A stretch of 64,000 bases of DNA, from positions 278,785 through 342,784 of the forward strand of contig CP054179.1 in NCBI GenBank assembly GCA_015709615.1, in the 5' to 3' direction. Within the stretch, counting starts at the first letter, position 1; each line of letters starts with the position of its first letter. The DNA comes from Gammaproteobacteria bacterium (lineage in GTDB: Bacteria > Pseudomonadota > Gammaproteobacteria > Burkholderiales > Nitrosomonadaceae). Shown here piece after piece: positions 47,385-53,500 of this stretch. Below the pieces are notes generated by a model that saw only the letters and a list, made by a program, of their open reading frames with translations, did not search any database and was not told where the DNA came from. The position numbers were made by a program, and so were the translations under genes.

Positions 47385-47632
47385 CGTGTCACGCCAGATA
47401 CAACTTACTTAACTCGAGTATTTTCGTCGTACCCTCAACACTATCATCACCAGATTGATAGACTAACAAGTGATTGAGACTGATGTTGCAGCCTGGATTT
47501 GGACACCTTCCAACTCGGCACCAGGCCACAGAAGAAATCACCTTCTGTCTTGTCCTTTCCGTCGCTGATTAGGCGATCCGTAGAGGTTGGCTATTTCGCT
47601 CACAATCTCAATCCTTGTTAGTGCCTGATACC

Positions 47633-47860
47633 TCACAGGCTCTTTGTTAAACAAGTCTCACCAACTGGAAACCAAGGCGTATCTGAATCAGATAAAAAAT
47701 ATCGAACGCGATTATCGCCGTGGTATTCCTCCCATATTTCGATACCAAGAATTTTGCGTTTTCCAAAATCGACACCCTGCGGGTTTGTGTAATTAACTTC
47801 ATCTCCGATTGAGAACTTTGGATTAATCGCCGCTATCACTTTTTTTACTATCTTGATCAT
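47633..47860 (-). CDS. hypothetical protein
   Basis: 75-aa ORF. Confidence 0.65.
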   Translation of the reverse strand: MIKIVKKVIAAINPKFSIGDEVNYTNPQGVDFGKRKILGIEIWEEYHGDNRVRYFLSDSDTPWFPVGETCLTKSL

Positions 47861-47868
47861 GTTTTCTC

Positions 47869-48516
47869 CTATGCAACCTCAGTTTTATCAATCAATCGAA
47901 GATCAGGAACAGCTTTGCTTGCCTGCTGAAATCCGATCAGCGGCTTATCCGTTCCGCCGGTGATCACACGCTGGCATTTATCCGTGTCTCCAATCATCAC
48001 GAACGGTTCCAATTTCAAGCCTTTGCTGCTGTTGTAGGCATTGGCTATTCCGGTCAATACAGCCGGATATTCCGGAATTTCGCTACGTTCACGGAATCCC
48101 CGGTACCGGTTTTCAAATTCCTTCGCTACGAAAGGCCATTCATCCTCGTTTTTTTGTCCCAACGGTATCCATCCGCCCATGTCATGCAATACCCGGTGAA
48201 TCAGTGGATCATCGAAAACAACGTCGACGTAGCAGCCCTTGTGACGAACCGCTTTGTCGACCTTCGCCCAGGCGATCAATGCCGCGTCTTGCGTTGATCC
48301 TTGCAGCATGCGGATGATGTCGGCAGGCTTCGGTAACCACTTCCCGGATTCCGTGTTAACCACGTGCCGGCCGAATGCTTGCGTAATCGCCGCTAGGTCG
48401 TACTGTTTCAACGCATTCCACCAAAGATCGAGAGCAAAATCATTGATTTCTTTATCGTAAAAACTGTAAACACCTACCAAGCCATCATGGAATTTTTGAA
48501 AGTCATGTTCCGTCAT
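47869..48516 (-). CDS. replication accessory protein (helicase-loader-like)
   Basis: 215 aa immediately after, and overlapping, the initiator gene. The N-terminal region resembles G39P-type loader/inhibitor proteins from memory. Confidence 0.55.
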   Translation of the reverse strand: MTEHDFQKFHDGLVGVYSFYDKEINDFALDLWWNALKQYDLAAITQAFGRHVVNTESGKWLPKPADIIRMLQGSTQDAALIAWAKVDKAVRHKGCYVDVVFDDPLIHRVLHDMGGWIPLGQKNEDEWPFVAKEFENRYRGFRERSEIPEYPAVLTGIANAYNSSKGLKLEPFVMIGDTDKCQRVITGGTDKPLIGFQQASKAVPDLRLIDKTEVA

Positions 48517-49408
48517 TTTGTGCCCTCAGTTCGGGTGGTTTCCAATTCCTCGTCGATTCTTTGTTTCGATTCAAAAGCGCATCCGCCTTGTTTTGAATCG
48601 TGCCTTGCAGCACCTTGTCCTTTGCCTGAGCTGCTTCGGTGCGCTGGCCTTCCACGATGCCCAGGACGTACTTGAACCCCTTCTGCTTGTCCTTCGCGGT
48701 CCGTGCTGCGTGCATGAATTCGTCAATCGTTGCACCGGATTCGATCAGCATCAAAAGCTTAGGGTGTGCCGGGTTTAAATCGATAATTCCAACTTTTTTG
48801 AGTTCAAGACACACGCTTGCGCCCGGTGTTGGTTCCCTACTCTGTTGGGAGGGATAGACAGTGTGTGTTATTACAGTATCTTTGGAATCAGGAATCAGAG
48901 AATCAGGAATCAGAGAATCAGCAGGGCTTGCATGGTGCTGATCATGTGCTTGCACTGTGCTTGCACTGTGCTTGCATTGTGCTTGTTCAGTTTTTGTGCT
49001 TGATTCATTGTTAACCAATGACTTAACCAGTGAATACTCACCGGTTACCATGTCATTTTTACGCGTATTTACTTTGTAATATCCGTTCTCATCAGGCAAT
49101 ACGCTGTCTTGTTCTCTGCCGTGCGGATTTTGGTGTTCAAGAAACTGAGGAATACTTATTACTTTTTTGTTGTCTGCCGTATACCGTTTTATAAATCCTC
49201 GACACTCTAGCTCACCAAGCAACTCGTCAATGTCGATTGTGTCAGCAGGGAAAATTGCCATTTTTATTTTTTTCGGCCTATCCTCTAATCTACCTTCTCT
49301 GTCAGCTAGCATCCATAAACCTGGAAAAATCAGGCGCGCTGCATATGAGCATTCAACCAAATCCTCGTTTGTAAAAAACCCTGGCTTTATATTGCGAGCT
49401 CTAGCCAT
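48503..49408 (-). CDS. replication initiator (lambda O-like organisation)
   Basis: 301 aa. MARARNIKPGFFTNEDL N-terminus. Two families of tandem iterons sit in the central linker-coding part. Confidence 0.7.
   Translation of the reverse strand: MARARNIKPGFFTNEDLVECSYAARLIFPGLWMLADREGRLEDRPKKIKMAIFPADTIDIDELLGELECRGFIKRYTADNKKVISIPQFLEHQNPHGREQDSVLPDENGYYKVNTRKNDMVTGEYSLVKSLVNNESSTKTEQAQCKHSASTVQAHDQHHASPADSLIPDSLIPDSKDTVITHTVYPSQQSREPTPGASVCLELKKVGIIDLNPAHPKLLMLIESGATIDEFMHAARTAKDKQKGFKYVLGIVEGQRTEAAQAKDKVLQGTIQNKADALLNRNKESTRNWKPPELRAQNDGT
48886..49006. repeat. putative replication-origin iterons inside the initiator gene
   Basis: GAATCAG five times (48886-48922, alternating 7/8-nt spacing) and TGTGCTTGCAC-like 11-mers at 48946, 48957, 48968, 48979 and 48996. 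Confidence 0.65.
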
Positions 49409-49414
49409 TCTTAC

Positions 49415-50233
49415 TTACCAAAAAAAACAGCCAGCGGCAAAGGTGAGTAAGCCACTGGCTGTATAATGCGCACAGCGTGGTGCGCTGGTCCTCGTCATAA
49501 TCTGGCCAAATGACCAACCGGAACAGTTAGGGAATCCGGCTGGCCTTTGGGTTAAATTGCAATCACGTTTCAACACACCGACCAGCTTCGAGCTGATTCT
49601 GACACCGGACTCGGCCGGCGCACGCGATAAGTGGTTTCCTTTCATTAAAAGGAGGGCCGTACGAAATCTATTCATTTTTTTTGATTTTGGCTTCTCGTGC
49701 ATTGATTTGACCTTGCTCTTAAGTTCCATCAAGCTGGCAATGCACTGTTGAATATCATTCTCTGTTTGATTCAATTCCTCTGAATCAATGATTCCATCGT
49801 TTTCGAGAGCATTTTTTAGGTTGTTCGCTAAGATGCCTTTCTTGCTGATGATTTTTAATATCTGAGCAAGCAATGCATCATCATTAATATCATCGGAATC
49901 ACCTGGAATTCGATACGCCACATAACCGTGGCGCCACATAAACGACCTTATAGCCAGATCAACCATTTGATCGCGCCCGGAATCGGAGAGCAATTCAATG
50001 ATTTGAGATGCTTCCTCGTAATTCAGGTGATGAGAATCGACCGCGCGCCGAAGTTTTTTGTAAAGCACGTTGGGCGAAATCCCCATGCGTGCCGCTAAAG
50101 CTTCAACCCCACCAGGATAAGACCTGGCGGCGATATAAAGCGCATCGTGCTTATTCAATTCGTTGTATTTGCAAGTCATTGGCAAAACCTCTTTTCTATT
50201 GCCGTATTCATATAATGTTTTTCGTGCAAGCAT
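49415..50233 (-). CDS. CII-like phage regulatory protein (C-terminal ~85 codons doubtful)
   Basis: The N-terminal ~185 aa resemble CP76/CII-type regulators (ALYIAARSYPGGVEALAARMGISPNVLYKKL). The remainder is Cys/Trp/Arg-rich and runs through the terminator. The likely start is the ATG at 50179. Confidence 0.6.
   Translation of the reverse strand: MLARKTLYEYGNRKEVLPMTCKYNELNKHDALYIAARSYPGGVEALAARMGISPNVLYKKLRRAVDSHHLNYEEASQIIELLSDSGRDQMVDLAIRSFMWRHGYVAYRIPGDSDDINDDALLAQILKIISKKGILANNLKNALENDGIIDSEELNQTENDIQQCIASLMELKSKVKSMHEKPKSKKMNRFRTALLLMKGNHLSRAPAESGVRISSKLVGVLKRDCNLTQRPAGFPNCSGWSFGQIMTRTSAPRCAHYTASGLLTFAAGCFFW
49421..49461 (-). terminator. strong intrinsic terminator immediately upstream of the initiator gene
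   Basis: Minus strand: CAGCCAGTGG-14 nt-CCGCTGGCTG followed by TTTTTTT, 12 nt before the ATG at 49408. Confidence 0.7.
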
Positions 50234-50259
50234 GTAACCATAGAATTATCGGGGGATTG

Positions 50260-50520
50260 TCATGCTGCTTTTTTTGAGTCTTGTTTTAATTCTGGCCACC
50301 ATTTTTGCCAGTCGTCCGGGCGCAGATCGATCCGCGTCATTGGATCGAGTGTGTCAGCCAGCATTGATTCGATCCTTCTGCAATGTTCGCTTGGTATTCC
50401 GCTAACACCCCAAGAATGAATAGCTCCTTTAGACACATTGAACATTTTTGCCAGATCGGTTTTTCTGATCCCGAGAGCGGTAACTATCCGATTAACAATA
50501 ATTTTTTTACTTTTGCTCAT
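50260..50520 (-). CDS. Cro/YdaS-like HTH regulator
   Basis: 86 aa. LGIRKTDLAKMFNVSKGAIHSWGVSGIPSEHCRRIE. Divergent from the CI-like gene. Confidence 0.8.
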   Translation of the reverse strand: MSKSKKIIVNRIVTALGIRKTDLAKMFNVSKGAIHSWGVSGIPSEHCRRIESMLADTLDPMTRIDLRPDDWQKWWPELKQDSKKAA

Positions 50521-50555
50521 GATTAATTCTTTGAATATTCAAAACACACAGGCAA

Positions 50556-50584
50556 AGGATAGTTTTTCTATACCTAGAAGTCAA
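50556..50584 (-). promoter_or_regulatory. PR-like promoter for the Cro-like operon
   Basis: Minus strand: TTGACT-17 nt-TATCCT. Overlapped by operator-like site O1. Confidence 0.6.
50557..50573. promoter_or_regulatory. operator-like 17-mer O1 (GGATAGTTTTTCTATAC)
   Basis: Matches the pattern G(G/T)(A/T)TA-N7-TATAC shared with two other sites. Confidence 0.5.
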
Positions 50585-50603
50585 GAAAAAATAGATTGCA
50601 ATC

Positions 50604-50620
50604 GTTTAGAATATCTATAC
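50604..50620. promoter_or_regulatory. operator-like 17-mer O2 (GTTTAGAATATCTATAC)
   Basis: Same pattern, 10 nt upstream of the CI-like ATG. Confidence 0.5.
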
Positions 50621-50629
50621 ATTAACCAC

Positions 50630-50998
50630 ATGAATGACATTGCAATCAATATCCCGGACTTCATTAAAGCGGTTAGGGCAAAGCTCGGATTGACACAGCT
50701 TCAGCTCGCCGATCTGATGAATTGCACGAAAGGGAATATCAATTCATGGGAAAAAGGACGGCACGAACCTTCTTACAGTCAGCTTGTAAAGCTCTCAAGA
50801 AAATCAGGGATCCCATTGCCGCACGATCAGGACAATCAATTGGCTTTAATGCTTGGTGTTAACCTGGATGAACTGGATATGGATCAAGTAGAAATAATAA
50901 AAAGTACAACCAAAATTCCAAAGGGAAACAGACTCCAGGCACGAAAAATCATTGGAACTTTTACTGAGGATGATCTCGAAAAAGAACTCAATAAATGA
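50630..50998 (+). CDS. CI-like XRE-family repressor (no peptidase domain)
   Basis: 122 aa from the ATG at 50630. LGLTQLQLADLMNCTKGNINSWEKGRHEPS HTH. The longer upstream ORF portion overlaps cro and looks spurious. Confidence 0.75.
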   Translation: MNDIAINIPDFIKAVRAKLGLTQLQLADLMNCTKGNINSWEKGRHEPSYSQLVKLSRKSGIPLPHDQDNQLALMLGVNLDELDMDQVEIIKSTTKIPKGNRLQARKIIGTFTEDDLEKELNK

Positions 50999-51064
50999 AG
51001 ATGTTGTATTTCTTTCTGACTGGTGCAAAGTAGAACGATGCAGATGCAAAACAGGCAATGAGAA

Positions 51065-51445
51065 ATGAAGAACATCGCAAAACAAATCACAGCGATTATT
51101 TTGATCTTAATTACCCCTGGCTGCGTTTCGATGTATGCAGATCCCGCTACGCGCCAGATACAGAATAAGCAAACATCAAATTATGGCCTGTGCGAGAAAT
51201 TAACTATGGCGACACTGGCGCCAGCGGTAATAAGGGAAGAGTGGGCTAAGGAATTGGAGAGCCGTGGAGAAGATTGCAGCAAGCATGCCGCGACATTGAA
51301 CAATGTACTGATGAGAAAAAAACAGCTCTCTGATAGCGGCACAAGGAACTACGTTCAGCCTGTTTTCCCGCTGTCCGGAACCGGACCGCAAATACACACA
51401 AACTGCAATCAACTCGGAAACTTTGTTAACTGCACCTCGCAGTAA
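51065..51445 (+). CDS. lipoprotein (moron)
   Basis: 126 aa. Signal peptide with lipobox LITPGC. Confidence 0.75.
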   Translation: MKNIAKQITAIILILITPGCVSMYADPATRQIQNKQTSNYGLCEKLTMATLAPAVIREEWAKELESRGEDCSKHAATLNNVLMRKKQLSDSGTRNYVQPVFPLSGTGPQIHTNCNQLGNFVNCTSQ

Positions 51446-51460
51446 AATATTAGGAGCGAT

Positions 51461-52090
51461 ATGATGAATAACAAAAAAATATTATTACGATCTTTAAATG
51501 CCGCGTTGCTTAGCGCGATTTCCTTTAATGCATGTGCCGATCTCATCACTTTCGATGACATAGATACGTCGATAAGTTCTGCGTTGGTGCCGGACAATTA
51601 TCGCGGTTTTGAGTGGAGCAATACTTTTGTGGCGATAAACGGAACTAAGCCACTATGGGTGGGAACGGGTTATGAGCATGGCATGGTATCCGGACCAAAT
51701 GTCGGCGTAAATGGCGGCGGTGATTCGGTCTACTTTTCAAGCAAAACCCCGTTTGATTTACATTCTATGTACGTCACAAAGGCATGGCATGACGGAATTA
51801 CTCATTTTGATGGATATATTGGAACAACGCTCACCTACTCTGTAGATGTATTTTCAACAACACTAGCACCAACTTTCGTCACATTCGATTGGAGCGGAAT
51901 CAATAAAGTGGTTATGTCGGACGGCGATTACACCATGCAATCGGCCATTGACAACATAGATTATGTATTGCTTGACCCGATTCCGGATCCTGCTCCAAAT
52001 CCAGTTCCAGAACCACAAACTTACGCAATGCTTATAGCTGGTATAGGAATACTAGGCATCGCGCGAACGTATCGAATAAAAGCGTCATAG
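51461..52090 (+). CDS. PEP-CTERM-anchored secreted protein (moron)
   Basis: 209 aa. N-terminal signal peptide. C-terminus VPEPQTYAMLIAGIGILGIARTYRIKAS, i.e. PEP motif, TM helix and basic tail. Confidence 0.8.
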   Translation: MMNNKKILLRSLNAALLSAISFNACADLITFDDIDTSISSALVPDNYRGFEWSNTFVAINGTKPLWVGTGYEHGMVSGPNVGVNGGGDSVYFSSKTPFDLHSMYVTKAWHDGITHFDGYIGTTLTYSVDVFSTTLAPTFVTFDWSGINKVVMSDGDYTMQSAIDNIDYVLLDPIPDPAPNPVPEPQTYAMLIAGIGILGIARTYRIKAS

Positions 52091-52111
52091 AAACGCTTAC
52101 TCATCCAAATT

Positions 52112-52137
52112 AAACCCGCTTCGGCGGGTTTTTTATT
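52112..52137 (+). terminator. intrinsic terminator ending the repressor-moron transcript
   Basis: AAACCCGC-TTCG-GCGGGTTT followed by TTTATT. Confidence 0.8.
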
Positions 52138-52187
52138 GCCTAAATTTTAATCGAATAAGAAACCGTAAGCAGGAAGTATATTTTTTC

Positions 52188-52217
52188 TTGACTTTATTTG
52201 TATATATTTTCTATACT
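52188..52217 (+). promoter_or_regulatory. PL-like promoter with operator-like site O3
   Basis: TTGACT-18 nt-TATACT. The 17-mer GTATATATTTTCTATAC (52200-52216) shares TTTTCTATAC with O1. Confidence 0.6.
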
Positions 52218-52290
52218 ATAAACATCAACCAGCCACCATAAGTCGTGAAAGCAGGTGAGGTTGATAATCAAAACTACTTTGGAGAATCTC

Positions 52291-52593
52291 ATGAAAAAAA
52301 TTGTAATTGCTTTATTGATGTTGATTGCCGCGCCGGTTATGGCGGCTGACTACTGGAAAATGACCGGTGTCATGGCGGTTTATTCCGGCCAGTTTGGCAG
52401 TCCTTACTCAGCGCCAATAGTTAACGAAACACGCTATAAATCAGAAAAACTGTGCGATGCGGCAATCAACCAGATCACCCAGTCTCACCCGAGATACACA
52501 TCAATAAACAGCGAAGGCGTGATGCTGCCAGCAAGTAAAGCCACCAACGGCTGGGTTGCTGTCGCGGCTGCTTGCATCAAACAGACTGAATAA
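52291..52593 (+). CDS. small secreted protein
   Basis: 100 aa from the ATG at 52291 (GGAGAA RBS). Signal peptide MKKIVIALLMLIAAPVMA. Confidence 0.7.
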   Translation: MKKIVIALLMLIAAPVMAADYWKMTGVMAVYSGQFGSPYSAPIVNETRYKSEKLCDAAINQITQSHPRYTSINSEGVMLPASKATNGWVAVAAACIKQTE

Positions 52594-52678
52594 TCCCAAG
52601 GCTACCTCCTTAAGCCGTGCACTCGGTGGGGCCTGTGGAATCCAGGCGAACGAATCAACTAACAGCGTGAGGTAAGAG

Positions 52679-53254
52679 ATGATCAAGTGCAGGGTGCAAG
52701 TGATAACAAAAGATTTTAGATACCACTATTCCGGAATATTTCAATCAACGTGGCATGCGATGGTGGATGCCGCGGCAAAGGTAACCAATCCCGTGCGATT
52801 GATAACTGTGCAGGTGATCCGGAATATTTCAATCAACGTGGCATGCGATGGTGGATGCCGCGGCAAAGGTAACCAATCCCGTGCGATTGATAACTGTGCA
52901 GGTGATCAAATGAGCATGCCAGTCATGAAATTATCACAGCAAGCCGTGGCGCTTCGCATCCGCGAAAACGAGTGGGACGCCTTGGAGCGTGATCTGGATA
53001 ATCTGGTGTTAAACCGCAGCTATCCACTAGATATTCCAAAAATGCTTGAGTGTATCCAGGAATCGCTAACAAAGCGGCAAGGATTCATACCGGCAAACAC
53101 TATTGAGCACGTCAATATTCAGCAGGATGTAAACGTGCTCGAAGCGCTAATTAACAACATGACGCTGAATCATGAAACGGATGGTTTGATGCAGCGCGCA
53201 GTGAAGCTGGAAGATTTAAAAATCGCCGTTTCAAAGGTTGGACTGACGGCATGA
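52679..53254 (+). CDS. hypothetical protein; 5' part disrupted or created by an 89-bp tandem duplication
   Basis: 191-aa ORF. The two repeat copies are read in different frames. A more conservative start is the ATG at 52910 (MSMPVMKLSQQ...). Confidence 0.5.
   Translation: MIKCRVQVITKDFRYHYSGIFQSTWHAMVDAAAKVTNPVRLITVQVIRNISINVACDGGCRGKGNQSRAIDNCAGDQMSMPVMKLSQQAVALRIRENEWDALERDLDNLVLNRSYPLDIPKMLECIQESLTKRQGFIPANTIEHVNIQQDVNVLEALINNMTLNHETDGLMQRAVKLEDLKIAVSKVGLTA
52731..52908 (+). repeat. perfect 89-bp tandem duplication (2 copies)
   Basis: 52731-52819 and 52820-52908 are identical base for base. Confidence 0.95.
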
Positions 53255-53334
53255 AAAACGATTTTAAATCATTGGTTGATGCGGTTTTTGCGATCTGCGC
53301 GCTGTTCTTTGCTTTATCACTGACACATGACTAA
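53251..53334 (+). CDS. 27-aa hydrophobic peptide
   Basis: MKNDFKSLVDAVFAICALFFALSLTHD, with ATGA overlap with the upstream stop. Confidence 0.35.
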   Translation: MKNDFKSLVDAVFAICALFFALSLTHD

Positions 53335-53500
53335 GCAACTATCCAATGCTGACCATGCTTTCAAACATGGTGTTGCAGCATATGACAATGGCTGCCCAAT
53401 AAGCAGCAATCCGTACGATAGAGAGCATGAAACAGAATTGTTCGTTTCATGGCTGGACGGATGGCGGCATGAACGAAATTATTATGAGGGGGAATTGTGA
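53327..53500 (+). CDS. Rmf/CrpP-fold-like small protein
   Basis: 57 aa by hand translation. GVAAYDNGCPISSNPY...FVSWLDGW pattern. GTGA coupling to the exonuclease gene. Confidence 0.45.
   Translation: MTKQLSNADHAFKHGVAAYDNGCPISSNPYDREHETELFVSWLDGWRHERNYYEGEL

Larger units (their letters stand above)
46463..47632 (-). ncRNA. candidate large structured non-coding RNA region (unclassified; strand inferred from context)
   Basis: No ORF of 60 codons or more on either strand over 1170 nt. Contains multiple nested long-range helices of 8-17 bp (see findings), a T-arm mimic on the minus strand, and flanking genes all on the minus strand. Confidence 0.4.

Noticed and set aside
47339-47420. A bona fide phage tRNA gene on the minus strand (perfect T arm, 5-bp stem with a 7-nt loop upstream).
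   Set aside because: No 5' acceptor strand complementary to GGCTAAC and no D arm could be found upstream. The loop has A33 and C37, and there is no CCA. I report it as a tRNA-like mimic or relic only.
46463-47632. A retron msr/msd or DGR template region as the explanation for the long inverted repeats.
   Set aside because: No reverse transcriptase ORF occurs anywhere in the window, and no VR/TR-type near-repeat of a tail gene was seen.
46463-47632. The phage replication origin or partition site, with the TGTTAG hexamers as iterons.
   Set aside because: A much more conventional ori (two tandem iteron families) lies inside the initiator gene at 48886-49006. Each closing stem here also extends 16-17 bp beyond the shared core, which fits hairpins better than iterons. 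The idea is not fully excluded and is kept as an alternative in the findings.
48886-49006. A CRISPR array, or a mini-array or solitary-repeat anti-CRISPR.
   Set aside because: The units are 7-11 bp and contiguous without spacers, and they lie in frame inside a coding region. The same reasoning applies to the 89-bp duplication at 52731-52908.
50438-50629. The long form of the CI-like ORF (186 aa) starting at 50438.
   Set aside because: The first 64 codons overlap the cro-like gene and the operator region and encode a hydrophobic junk-like sequence. The HTH protein starts naturally at the ATG at 50630.
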